DNA of 64,000 bases. It comes from an uncultured Akkermansia sp. Its GTDB lineage: Bacteria > Verrucomicrobiota > Verrucomicrobiia > Verrucomicrobiales > Akkermansiaceae. Under the pieces are notes generated by a model. The model was not told the DNA's origin. It searched no databases and saw nothing but the letters and a program-made list of their open reading frames with translations. The first letter of the stretch is position 1; each line of letters begins with the position of its first letter. The position numbers and the translations under genes were made by a program. This document shows, piece after piece, positions 18,399 through 27,953 of the stretch. Location of the stretch: contig CAZGGR010000004.1 in NCBI GenBank assembly GCA_964525305.1, positions 37,684 through 101,683 of the forward strand. The letters run 5' to 3'.

Positions 18399-19415
18399 AT
18401 GCGCTACTTTCTTCTTATCCTGTTGATTGCCGGAGGGTATTACGGATGGGATTATTACCAAACCGAACTTGTCTCCAGACATCAAGAACTTAAAGCCATG
18501 GAACAAGCTCCATGCCCGGAACTGGACGAAGCTCAAGCCCGACTCGAAGAAACGGTAAAATCCAATACGCAACAAGCAGCACGCCTTCAGGAAGTCATCC
18601 GCAAAAAGGAAGAATTTGTTCGCAACTATTGGGAAGAGCAGATGAAAAAAGAGGAAACCACGGTTTCTCAGTCGAATAAAAAACCATCCATTGCGAATAA
18701 ACCACACACATTAAATCCAGAAGAACGGATTGCCCGTCTGTTGGCTCAATATGATCATAAAGCTGCAGAAGTGGAGGCTCTAAAAAACAAATGCAACACT
18801 ACCAAACAACAGCTACGTGATGCACAGAATAAAATACAGGAACAAATTCGCCAAGTAGAGACCCGACTGGATATCAACCGCATTCAACGAGAAGAAGCAT
18901 CCAATACCAAAAGCAAGGAATTTAAAGTATCTGAAAGCCGAGCCAAACTACTTAACCTTCAGGCGGAATTACCACAAGAACTGGAACGCATTACCCGAAA
19001 AGGAGAAGCCTTGCTGCGCGAACAATCTGCCGCCTACGAAAAAGCAGATAAAGACCTAAACCGGTTTCGAGATAAGGTAGACAAACAAATTCTGCGCCTG
19101 AGAAACTATGCAGAATCTCTTTCATCAGAAAACGATGATATGGAAGTACTCCTTGCTGACGATCCGGCTTTTAGTGCCGTTATTGCACCATACGACCAGG
19201 CAGTAGACCATGAAGAACGACTTGCACTCCAAACGGAAGCAGAACTGGAAAAACAACTTCAGAACCTACATGGCATCCAACGCAACAGAGACGGTCGGAT
19301 TCATGAGACACGCCAAGCGTTAGAATCCGATGAAAAAATCTTTTTCACCTTAGCAACCGTCATTGGTGTTTTTCTACTGACTTTGCTTCTGCGCTCTATT
19401 CCCAGAAAGAGATGA
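18399..19415 (+). CDS. hypothetical coiled-coil protein with hydrophobic helices at both termini
   Basis: 338 aa. N-terminal YFLLILLIAGGYYGW, C-terminal IFFTLATVIGVFLLTLLL, and a long charged heptad-like middle rich in E/K/Q/R. No recognisable enzyme motif. Confidence 0.6.
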   Translation: MRYFLLILLIAGGYYGWDYYQTELVSRHQELKAMEQAPCPELDEAQARLEETVKSNTQQAARLQEVIRKKEEFVRNYWEEQMKKEETTVSQSNKKPSIANKPHTLNPEERIARLLAQYDHKAAEVEALKNKCNTTKQQLRDAQNKIQEQIRQVETRLDINRIQREEASNTKSKEFKVSESRAKLLNLQAELPQELERITRKGEALLREQSAAYEKADKDLNRFRDKVDKQILRLRNYAESLSSENDDMEVLLADDPAFSAVIAPYDQAVDHEERLALQTEAELEKQLQNLHGIQRNRDGRIHETRQALESDEKIFFTLATVIGVFLLTLLLRSIPRKR

Positions 19416-19457
19416 TAGCTTTGGAAGTTGACACTATGGGACAAACCTAGTTTACTG

Positions 19458-19566
19458 TGTGTGCCACCGGGAATCCGTGGAGGCACGACTGGTCAACCCC
19501 GCCAGGACCGAGAGGTAGCAACGGTAGCTTGTTCGTGTTTGCCGCGTTCATTCCCGGTGGTTTTTT
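19458..19566 (+). ncRNA. ffs: small (4.5S-type) signal recognition particle RNA
   Basis: The domain IV core GCCAGGACC-GAGA-GGUAGCAACGG carries the conserved CAGG / GNRA tetraloop / AGCA pattern. A closing helix pairs CCACCGGGAA (19464..19473) with UUCCCGGUGG (19551..19560). A T7 run follows. Confidence 0.8.
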
Positions 19567-19726
19567 TATTGATGTCATCCCAGCGGTCCAACCGATTATC
19601 ATTCCGAGTCACAATATCTCCAGCCGGCAAAAAGCATTATTTAGGGGAATAATTTGAAGGAATGGGGGGATAAAATACTTTCCCGCCGGTATTGAATGAA
19701 GACATTCCCATGATAGAATACAGTGC

Positions 19727-20941
19727 ATGAACATAACTGCCGCGCTGGACTGGCTTTTTTCCACTCAATTTTTCGGCATCAAGCTGGGACTTGAGAATAC
19801 CAAGAAACTGCTGACAGTCGCCGGAGCAGAATGTCCCGACTCTATCATTGTTCACGTAGCAGGGACCAATGGGAAAGGATCTACCTGTGCCATGATAGAG
19901 GCCATAGCCAGAGCACAGGGTTATACAACCGGGTTATTTACCTCTCCTCATCTGGTAGATTTTTCTGAGCGTATCCGCATCAATGGGGATCCGATTTCCC
20001 CGGAGAGATTGGCAGAAGAAATCACCTTGTTAAAACAACTGACTGAAAGTTGGATACAACCGCCTACTTTTTTTGAGCTGGCTCTGACCATCGCCATGCA
20101 TCATTTCCGGGAGAACAGAGTCAATTTCATTATTTTGGAAACGGGAATGGGAGGAAGGCTGGATGCGACCAATGCCGTGCCCAAAGATATAGCGGTGCTA
20201 GCGCCCATCGGACTAGATCACCAACAGTACTTAGGAAATACATTGGGAGAAATTGCTACGGAAAAAGCTGGCATCATTGCCACGGGCAAACCGGTAGTAA
20301 CCGCCATACAAGAACCAGAAGCCCTACGCGTCATCACCCAAACAGCACAAGAACGTCAGGCTCCTCTCACTATTGCCAAAGTAATGCCAGAAACACCGCA
20401 ACCGGCACTACACGGAGTCCACCAACGCGAAAATGCGGCGTTGGCATTGGAAGCCATGAAACAACTAGGCATCATCATTTCACCCGCTTCTGCAGCTACC
20501 ATTTTGGCAGGAGTTCAATGGCCCGGACGATTTGAATGTCTCGAAACACCACAAATTGTACTGGATGGAGCACATAACGAACATGCAGTGCGCGTGCTTG
20601 CCGCCACATGGAAAGAGGTTTTCCCCGAACAAAAAGCATCATTGATTTTTGCAGCATCAGCAGACAAACATATTCGGGAAATGATTCCTCTTTTAAGGGA
20701 AATTACCGGAGAATGGCATCTGGTACCCTGCACATCTCCCCGAATCATGCCCACGAAAGAACTTGCGGCCTTGCTAGAAGAACTGGGGGCAGGACCCGTT
20801 TTCATTCATTCCCAGCTGGATACCGGATTACAAGCGGCTTTGCGGTCACCGTTGCCGACCTTAGCGGCAGGATCTTTATTCCTGTTGGGCGATTTAAAAG
20901 CATTACTCCGCCATACGGAAAAACGTAGCACCGCACAATAA
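19727..20941 (+). CDS. folC: bifunctional folylpolyglutamate synthase / dihydrofolate synthase
   Basis: 404 aa Mur-ligase fold. P-loop HVAGTNGKGST, plus ILETGMGGRLDATN and DGAHN. Confidence 0.9.
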   Translation: MNITAALDWLFSTQFFGIKLGLENTKKLLTVAGAECPDSIIVHVAGTNGKGSTCAMIEAIARAQGYTTGLFTSPHLVDFSERIRINGDPISPERLAEEITLLKQLTESWIQPPTFFELALTIAMHHFRENRVNFIILETGMGGRLDATNAVPKDIAVLAPIGLDHQQYLGNTLGEIATEKAGIIATGKPVVTAIQEPEALRVITQTAQERQAPLTIAKVMPETPQPALHGVHQRENAALALEAMKQLGIIISPASAATILAGVQWPGRFECLETPQIVLDGAHNEHAVRVLAATWKEVFPEQKASLIFAASADKHIREMIPLLREITGEWHLVPCTSPRIMPTKELAALLEELGAGPVFIHSQLDTGLQAALRSPLPTLAAGSLFLLGDLKALLRHTEKRSTAQ

Positions 20942-20960
20942 CATCTTACTCATTTCTCCC

Positions 20961-23474
20961 GTGGATTCTGACGAACATATGACGCCCATTTCTTCCTTAC
21001 TCCCCGGAGACCTACGACCGGAACTGTTATCCCCCGCCGGGGATATGGAGTGTGCCCGAGCGGCTGTGGCCAATGGAGCCGATGCGATTTACTTTGGATT
21101 GGATCGTTTCAATGCACGACTGCGAGCAAACAACTTCACATTGGATTCCCTGCCGGAACTCATGCGTTTCCTTCATGCCCATGGGGTAAGGGGATATGTA
21201 ACAATGAACACACTCATTTTTACTGCAGAAATGGAGGATGCTCTCAGCTACTTGGGACATTTGAACTCTGCCGGAGTAGATGGTGTGATCATACAAGATA
21301 TCGGATTAGCGCATTGCTTAACAGAATGGGGAAGAAAAGATCCAAACATGAAGTTGGAGCTGCATGCCTCCACACAGATGACCATCTCCTCTCCCGAAGG
21401 GTTAGAGTTTATGGCCGGCTTCTTAGATCTAAAACAAGCCGTTCTTGCCAGAGAATTAAGCTTAAAAGAAATTGAAAAATGCTCACGCCACACGGATATC
21501 CCGTTGGAAGTGTTTGTGCATGGAGCGCTCTGCGTGGCTTACTCCGGGCAGTGCCTCACATCTGAAAGTCTGGGACAGCGCAGTGCTAACCGGGGAGAAT
21601 GTGCCCAAGCCTGCCGTCTACCCTACACGTTAATCGTAGATGGAAAACCAATGCCATTGGGAGCAAGGCGCTATCTACTCAGCCCACAGGATCTATGTGC
21701 GCTGGATCACATTCCCGATCTGGTTCGCATGGGAGTGAAGAGCTATAAGATCGAAGGGAGACTAAAAAGCCCGGAATACGTTGCGGCAGTAACAGCTGCT
21801 TATAGGAAAGCACTGGACGCAGCATGTGCAGGAGTTCCCGTAAACAATATGGTAACGGAACGGGATCGCTATGCCTTGCAAATGGTGTTTTCACGAGGGT
21901 TTTCTACCGGATGGCTGGAAGGAACCAACCATCCGCGCCTAACTCATGGGCTACATGGCAAAAAACGAGGAGCCTATACGGGCATCATTACTGCAAGCGG
22001 GTACGGATGGCTGGATATCATACCGGAAGGAGACATTCCGCTTGCACCGGGAGACGGCTTCGTCATTGACGCCGGAGAAGATCGTAATGAAGAACAAGGA
22101 GGGCGCATCTGGAAAGTGCAGAGAAATCGTCTTTTCTTTCACGGTAAGGCCTCCAATATTGACTGGAACAAAGTCAAACCGGGGCAAAAACTCTGGAAAA
22201 CGGATGATCCCGCCCTCAATGCAGAACTGAAAAAAATGCGGGAACATTTGCCGGAGGCGACCTTGCCCCTTCACTTGATATGTTCCGGGAATATCCATGA
22301 ACCACTAACGGTTTCCTGTCCGGAATACAACTGTTCCGTACAGTCTGAGCAAGCTCTGCAACAAGCGGAAAATCGTCCGCTGACCCATGATGTACTGGAA
22401 CAGCAACTCGGAAGACTTGGAGGGACGGGATTTCGTTTGGCCTCTTGTGACAGCCGATTACCTGAAGGCTTGATGCTCCCCCTCAGCATCCTCAATAAAA
22501 CCAGGCGAACCTTAATCGAACAAATCCAAGCAACGATCCAAGAAAAAGAACGCTCTTCACTGTGCCGCCCCACAACCTCATACACTCCGTCGCCCATTCC
22601 TCAGCAAACCACGGTCTCTGACATGCCGACACATTTATCGGTGCTGTGCCGTAACATGGACCAGATTACATCAGCAATGGACGCCGGAGCCGATGCCATC
22701 TATCTGGATTTTGAAGATATACGCCATTATGCGGAAGGGGTAAAGATGGTACGCCAACAGAAAGGAACTATCCCCGTATTTCTTGCCACACCACGTATTC
22801 AAAAGCCCTCCGAACTCGGATACTTCAAGCTTATGGAACGAGCCGAACCGGACGGCATTCTTATTCGTAATCCGGGAGCGGCACAATACTTCCGTCATTC
22901 GCATCTGCGCCGAATCGGAGACTTTTCCCTGAACGTAGCTAATCCATACAGTGCCGCTGTCCTAAAAAAAGAAGCTCAGTTGGAATATCTCACGATTTCC
23001 TATGACTTAAATGCCGAACAAGTAGCAGACCTGCTCCGAGCTGCGCCACCGAAATGGTTTGAGCTAACGTTACACCAGCATATGCCCATGTTCCATATGG
23101 AACACTGCGTGTTCTGCACGTTTTTATCTGACGGCATCAATTATAAAAATTGCGGACGTCCCTGCGAACGTTATCATGTACAGTTACGCGACCGTGTAGG
23201 ACAGCATCATCCCCTGCTGGCAGATGCCGGGTGCAGAAACACCCTGTTCAATGGACAAGCTCAAACTGGAGCCGGCTTTTTCCGTGATTTCCGGCAACTG
23301 GGCCTTTCTCGCTTCCGCTTAGAATTATTGGACGATTCTCCTAATAAAACACATTTACTAACAACACGTTATAAAGAATTATTAAATAATCGTTGCTCTG
23401 CCAGTCGCATCATCAGAGAATTAGATGTTGCAGAACAACTTGGGACGACAGAAGGTACTCTACGATCCAGATAA
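20961..23474 (+). CDS. peptidase-U32 family protein with two tandem U32-like halves
   Basis: 837 aa, GTG start (possibly the ATG 6 codons in). The N-half has ELLSPAGD..ADAIYFG plus CX6CX15CX3C (21531..21614). The C-half has GADAIYLDFEDIR plus CX2CX11CX3C (23106..23165). Confidence 0.85.
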   Translation: MDSDEHMTPISSLLPGDLRPELLSPAGDMECARAAVANGADAIYFGLDRFNARLRANNFTLDSLPELMRFLHAHGVRGYVTMNTLIFTAEMEDALSYLGHLNSAGVDGVIIQDIGLAHCLTEWGRKDPNMKLELHASTQMTISSPEGLEFMAGFLDLKQAVLARELSLKEIEKCSRHTDIPLEVFVHGALCVAYSGQCLTSESLGQRSANRGECAQACRLPYTLIVDGKPMPLGARRYLLSPQDLCALDHIPDLVRMGVKSYKIEGRLKSPEYVAAVTAAYRKALDAACAGVPVNNMVTERDRYALQMVFSRGFSTGWLEGTNHPRLTHGLHGKKRGAYTGIITASGYGWLDIIPEGDIPLAPGDGFVIDAGEDRNEEQGGRIWKVQRNRLFFHGKASNIDWNKVKPGQKLWKTDDPALNAELKKMREHLPEATLPLHLICSGNIHEPLTVSCPEYNCSVQSEQALQQAENRPLTHDVLEQQLGRLGGTGFRLASCDSRLPEGLMLPLSILNKTRRTLIEQIQATIQEKERSSLCRPTTSYTPSPIPQQTTVSDMPTHLSVLCRNMDQITSAMDAGADAIYLDFEDIRHYAEGVKMVRQQKGTIPVFLATPRIQKPSELGYFKLMERAEPDGILIRNPGAAQYFRHSHLRRIGDFSLNVANPYSAAVLKKEAQLEYLTISYDLNAEQVADLLRAAPPKWFELTLHQHMPMFHMEHCVFCTFLSDGINYKNCGRPCERYHVQLRDRVGQHHPLLADAGCRNTLFNGQAQTGAGFFRDFRQLGLSRFRLELLDDSPNKTHLLTTRYKELLNNRCSASRIIRELDVAEQLGTTEGTLRSR

Positions 23475-23646
23475 CCCCAGGTAAAAAGCACCAATACATA
23501 TTTATATCATTAAAAAACGAACTCAGTTTGTAGACGGGTGGCGTCAGGTATATAGCATGCATCGTCTGCTCCTTGAATCAGCGAGTAAATCGCTCTATGA
23601 TTAGTTTTATGGAAATGGGAAATCCCTTTTCCAGAACCTCTGTAAA

Positions 23647-25920
23647 ATGAATAATTCCCTGAAAGAACGCCTAATCCGTCACATGGAAGACGGGCATTAC
23701 AAGCCTCAGAGCAAATCCGAATTAGCTCGTGCTTTAAATGTAGACTCTCGGCAAAAGTTGGATTTCCGCACCATGGTAGATCAGTTGGAAGAAGAAGGGA
23801 AACTCGTACGTCTTCAAAAGGGTAAATACGATTTAAAGAGAGAGCATCAAAACTTGGTGTGCGGCACGATCCGGATTCTGCGTTCTGGAAAAATCCTTTT
23901 TCTTCCCAAAAAGGGAGATCCTGCTGCTACAGCATTGGGGTGGGACACAGAATCCATTCCTGAACTGGAACTAAAACCTCACCATTTGGGAACGGCCTTG
24001 GATGGCGATCGTGTACGTGTGAAAGTTGAATGCAAAAGACATCAAAAAGGTAACAGAGTCTGCAAGAATCGCTTTTATTCCCCCAACAATGATTTCAAAG
24101 CCCGTGTAAAAGAAGTAACAGAAAGAGCCCGAACACGATGGATGGGAGTATTCCGTCCTGGAAAAACCAAAATAGGGCGGGTGCTGGGGGACGGCATTGG
24201 CTCCCCGGCTTTTATTGAATTGGAGAAGAACCCGATCATAGAGGTACTACCCGGTCAATTGGTCTCTGTAGAACCTTTATTTTACGGTGGCGAACAAAAA
24301 TCTCCGCGTGGCAAAATAGTAGAGGTACTTGGATATGCAGATGATCCCCACGTGGATATGGAAGCTATCATCAGAAAGTATGATCTGGCCGTAGATTTTT
24401 CAGAATCTGTGCTCCAAGAATTAGCAAGTCTCCCACAATTACCATCTGCCTCAGAGCTGGCTCGGAGAGAAGACTGGACTCATAAAACCGTTATCACCAT
24501 TGACCCAGCAAGTGCCAAAGACTTTGACGACGCTATTTCCATTATCTCCACGCAAACCGGCTGGACATTGGCTGTCCATATTGCAGATGTCTCTCATTTC
24601 GTAAAGTCTGGAGGAGCAATAGATTTAGAAGCCCTGCGCCGAGGCAATTCCACTTATCTGCCGGATCGGGTATTGCCCATGCTTCCCCCTCTACTTTCTG
24701 ATGATTTGTGCAGTCTGCGACCAGATGTTGTGAGGTTGACCAAGGTCTGTGAGATGAAATTTGATCATCACGGGAAGATGTTACGCTCCCGCTTCGCGGA
24801 CGCCTTCATCTGCAGCAAAGCTCGCCTCACCTATCAAGAAGCCTTTTCCATGCTCAACGGGCAAGGAAAAGGTACTGTCCCCGATATGGTTCGAGAGGCT
24901 TGGAAGCTAGCCTCTATACTGCGCCACAATCGTTATAATAACGGGGCATTAGATCTAGAGTTTCCTGAAGCTCGCGCTGTGATGGATCAAGAAGGAAAAA
25001 CAACAGACATCATCACAGAAGAATATGATGAAAGCCACCAGCTCATTGAGGAATGCATGCTGGCAGCCAATGAGGCCGCCGCATTAATACTGAAAAACAA
25101 AAATCGTCCCACAATCTACCGAGTACATGAAGAACCAGATGCATCGAAACTATTTGAATTTGGTCAACTATGTAAATTGTACGGCCATACCGTTCATGAC
25201 ATCAATCAGCGGCAATATCTAAACGAACTGATGGAGTCCATTAAAGGGGCACCGGACGAACAAATGTTAAAGTTATCGTTACTGAAAAGCCTGATGCGGG
25301 CACGATACGATACGGAACCATTGGGACATTATGGGTTGGCCACCCCTAATTACTGCCATTTTACCAGTCCCATCCGTCGTTATGCTGATTTAGTTGTGCA
25401 TCGATCATTAAATCCCCTGCTGATCAATCCACCACAGGGTGCTAAAGGAGCGGGAAGCGTTCGTAGATTAGCAGAAGAAGCAGAACACATTTCAGAAACG
25501 GAACGTATTTCCGCATCTGCCGAAAAAGAAGCTAACCGGCTCAAGATTTTTGAATGGCTGGAAAGCCAATGTTATGTCGAACACCCGAAAGTGCATGAAG
25601 CATTGATTACGGAAGCACGCCATTTTGGAGTCCTACTTGAAGTTCCACTACTTCAAATCAAAGGACTCATTAAACCGGATTCTCTCCCCAGCGGCCGCTG
25701 GATATATGAAGCGTTCGCCGACCGCTGGAAAAGCGATTATGGATCCGTTCTGTGTGCCGGCTTACACATTCCAGTTATCCCGGTAAAAGTAGACCGAGAA
25801 AACCAATGGGCAGACTTTGCTATTGCTTCATCATGGAATGAATATTCTTTAGCAAAAAAGAAAACGGCTATTTTTTCAGGCCAAAAACGGGAACTTCAGC
25901 GCAAAAAGAACCACCATTAA
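23647..25920 (+). CDS. rnr: ribonuclease R
   Basis: 757 aa. N-terminal HTH/cold-shock-like region, RNB catalytic domain (IDPASAKDFDDAIS, HYGLA...YCHFTSPIRRYADLVVHR), a C-terminal S1-like region and a basic tail. Confidence 0.9.
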   Translation: MNNSLKERLIRHMEDGHYKPQSKSELARALNVDSRQKLDFRTMVDQLEEEGKLVRLQKGKYDLKREHQNLVCGTIRILRSGKILFLPKKGDPAATALGWDTESIPELELKPHHLGTALDGDRVRVKVECKRHQKGNRVCKNRFYSPNNDFKARVKEVTERARTRWMGVFRPGKTKIGRVLGDGIGSPAFIELEKNPIIEVLPGQLVSVEPLFYGGEQKSPRGKIVEVLGYADDPHVDMEAIIRKYDLAVDFSESVLQELASLPQLPSASELARREDWTHKTVITIDPASAKDFDDAISIISTQTGWTLAVHIADVSHFVKSGGAIDLEALRRGNSTYLPDRVLPMLPPLLSDDLCSLRPDVVRLTKVCEMKFDHHGKMLRSRFADAFICSKARLTYQEAFSMLNGQGKGTVPDMVREAWKLASILRHNRYNNGALDLEFPEARAVMDQEGKTTDIITEEYDESHQLIEECMLAANEAAALILKNKNRPTIYRVHEEPDASKLFEFGQLCKLYGHTVHDINQRQYLNELMESIKGAPDEQMLKLSLLKSLMRARYDTEPLGHYGLATPNYCHFTSPIRRYADLVVHRSLNPLLINPPQGAKGAGSVRRLAEEAEHISETERISASAEKEANRLKIFEWLESQCYVEHPKVHEALITEARHFGVLLEVPLLQIKGLIKPDSLPSGRWIYEAFADRWKSDYGSVLCAGLHIPVIPVKVDRENQWADFAIASSWNEYSLAKKKTAIFSGQKRELQRKKNHH

Positions 25921-25947
25921 AAGAAGTCCTAGAAAAAACAACGGGAC

Positions 25948-26505
25948 TCATGCTTCGCCTTTTTCCTTAGAAACCAAAGCTTCAAAACGAGCCAAAACCC
26001 AACAAAGATCCGAAAGGCGATTCAGGAATAAAGCGGTATTCACATTGCTCAATGCATTATCCAACCTTAAAGCGACTACACGCCGTTCTGCACGACGACA
26101 GACAGAACGTGCCAAATCCAAATAGGCAGACCCCAGATACCCCTCTTTACCGGGACGAGCCCAACCTTGAAAACGGATATCACACTCCTTCTCCAATGAA
26201 TGAGCCTGTCCTTCCAGCCATTCCACATCCTCTGCAGTGATGCGGGCATATCCTTTAGCGTCATATCTCGGCAGATCTTCTTCCAATGTAGCCAATTCCC
26301 CCATAGCACCGACCAAACGGGATTGAATACCATCCAACACCTCCACGGTTCGAGAACTTACTCCGGAATGGCGCACTACCCCAAGCAAAGAGTTTAATTC
26401 ATCTACCGTTCCATAGGCTTCAATTCTCGGAGCTGTCTTAGGACTCCGTTTGCCGAACATCAGATCCGTTTCACCACTGTCTCCACGCTTGGTAATCACG
26501 CTCAT
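25948..26505 (-). CDS. PduO-type ATP:cob(I)alamin adenosyltransferase
   Basis: MSVITKRGDSGETDLMFGKR...VDELNSLLG...LNRLSDLCWVLAR is the PduO/MMAB family pattern. The ATG at 26505 is preferred over the GTG at 26514. Confidence 0.88.
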   Translation of the reverse strand: MSVITKRGDSGETDLMFGKRSPKTAPRIEAYGTVDELNSLLGVVRHSGVSSRTVEVLDGIQSRLVGAMGELATLEEDLPRYDAKGYARITAEDVEWLEGQAHSLEKECDIRFQGWARPGKEGYLGSAYLDLARSVCRRAERRVVALRLDNALSNVNTALFLNRLSDLCWVLARFEALVSKEKGEA

Positions 26506-26617
26506 ACATCCCACACTATCATACTATCGCAATTCTGCACGTAAAAAAGCAGGATTATCCCAATACCAAAAGGTTTTTAGTGACACCTCATAAGGAGTCT
26601 CCTGTAAATCTCTCAAT

Positions 26618-26652
26618 AAAAAAAGCCGCCGCTCTGAGAACAAAGCGACGGC
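26618..26652 (-). terminator. rho-independent terminator downstream of the PEGA / beta-barrel pair
   Basis: The minus strand reads GCCGUCGCU-loop-AGCGGCGGC followed by U7. Confidence 0.65.
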
Positions 26653-26679
26653 TAGTCATGCGATTCCAATGAAAACAAT

Positions 26680-27156
26680 TTAGATTCTTCTCAAATTGCC
26701 AACTTTCATCCACTCTGACTTGGGATTCAACACAACAAACAAATAAGCCTGATTCCCTTGATTACTTTCGTACTTAGCATAACGCTGGCCAGCAATAAGT
26801 TGCGTTTGCACTTGCTCCGGGCTCAGGGCATACATTCCTCCCGTACTAGCATCAACAGCTAACCCTATAAGGCCACCAAACAAAATATTCCCCCACACCC
26901 ATCCAGACACACTATGAGTTAACGTTGCAGAATAAGGATAATACCCCGGCAGAGAGATTCTTACCGTGTGGTCTTTATCTCGTTCCAACTTTACGGTAAT
27001 TGGAGTTCTACCTTGAGGCATACCATCAATTGTAACCATGGCACCATCTGGAGAACTCGAAAAGCCAATACTTTGCTTGCTCCCATTGATAATAGAACCA
27101 CAAGAACTCAGAAATAAAGCTCCTAAAGAGAAGCAGGAAACATGAAAAACTTTCAT
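26680..27156 (-). CDS. PEGA-domain lipoprotein with a glycine-zipper C-terminus
   Basis: Lipobox FLSSCGS. PEGA-like VTIDGMPQGRTPITVKLERDKDHTVRISLPGYYPY. Gly-zipper WGNILFGGLIGLAVDASTGG. The start is set at the ATG at 27156. Confidence 0.72.
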   Translation of the reverse strand: MKVFHVSCFSLGALFLSSCGSIINGSKQSIGFSSSPDGAMVTIDGMPQGRTPITVKLERDKDHTVRISLPGYYPYSATLTHSVSGWVWGNILFGGLIGLAVDASTGGMYALSPEQVQTQLIAGQRYAKYESNQGNQAYLFVVLNPKSEWMKVGNLRRI

Positions 27157-27169
27157 AACATTGATAACT

Positions 27170-27793
27170 TTAGAAGTTCCAGCTAAATCCAACAACAACC
27201 GTATGATAAGCTTCTACATTAGAAAAATAACGGTTTAACTCATAACCAAGAACAAAATTAGCTTTTTCCGTAAAAGCAAACTTCAAGCCAATTTGAACCC
27301 CAAGAGTGCCACCGGATTCCCCATAAGAAAGCCCTTCCGGATGATGAACTTTCTGCTCATAATGAAGCATTCCTGCCTTCCCTCCTAAGAAAAACGTCGT
27401 AGTCTCAGTCAAAGGAAGATTCAGAGAGTATCCTAATGTTACAGGAATAATACGCTGTTCTACTTTGACGCCAGTTCCATAAGAACGGTCTTGAGATTTA
27501 GAACCATAAAGAAGACCTACGTTCAATGACAGCTCATGATATACAGACGCCCCTTGAATATTAGTATGTAATCCTAACTGTGCACCTTTTAAGTCAGGCA
27601 ATTCAACACCACAAACTTCATCATTACAGAATGAATAAACCCCTTTAAGACTCATTCCGAATGTAGAATCATATTGTGATGAATAGACGTTATTATAACC
27701 TCCCAATGTATATAAGCGGGGACTTTGAGACGCTTGAGCAGAACAAGAGAGACTCAGAAGTCCCAAACTGGTAATAATAGTTTTCGAATACAT
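27170..27793 (-). CDS. outer-membrane beta-barrel (porin-family / OmpA-like barrel) protein
   Basis: 207 aa with a signal peptide ...SCSAQA, alternating amphipathic strands and an aromatic C-terminus ...VVVGFSWNF. Confidence 0.72.
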   Translation of the reverse strand: MYSKTIITSLGLLSLSCSAQASQSPRLYTLGGYNNVYSSQYDSTFGMSLKGVYSFCNDEVCGVELPDLKGAQLGLHTNIQGASVYHELSLNVGLLYGSKSQDRSYGTGVKVEQRIIPVTLGYSLNLPLTETTTFFLGGKAGMLHYEQKVHHPEGLSYGESGGTLGVQIGLKFAFTEKANFVLGYELNRYFSNVEAYHTVVVGFSWNF

Positions 27794-27863
27794 GATATTT
27801 TCAGACCTTTGGATTATTTAGAGAAGGCAAAAAATCTCCTAACAAGAGAAATATAGCCACACA

Positions 27864-27893
27864 AAACTCCTATTATTCTCCTAATAGGAGTTT
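27864..27893. promoter_or_regulatory. perfect 12-bp inverted repeat, a candidate operator in a divergent promoter region
   Basis: AAACTCCTATTA-TTCTCC-TAATAGGAGTTT lies between the beta-barrel gene (minus) and the HTH gene (plus). The 10-mer CTCCTAATAG recurs at 28538..28547. Confidence 0.45.
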
Positions 27894-27953
27894 GTCAACC
27901 ACAAACGGCCAGCTTCCTTCCCTTTCTTCTCTCAATAGGAGAAAATTACTTGC

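Noticed and set aside
19428-19657. Two overlapping plus-strand ORFs of 74 aa and 66 aa.
   Set aside because: The region is better explained by the SRP RNA gene and its terminator.
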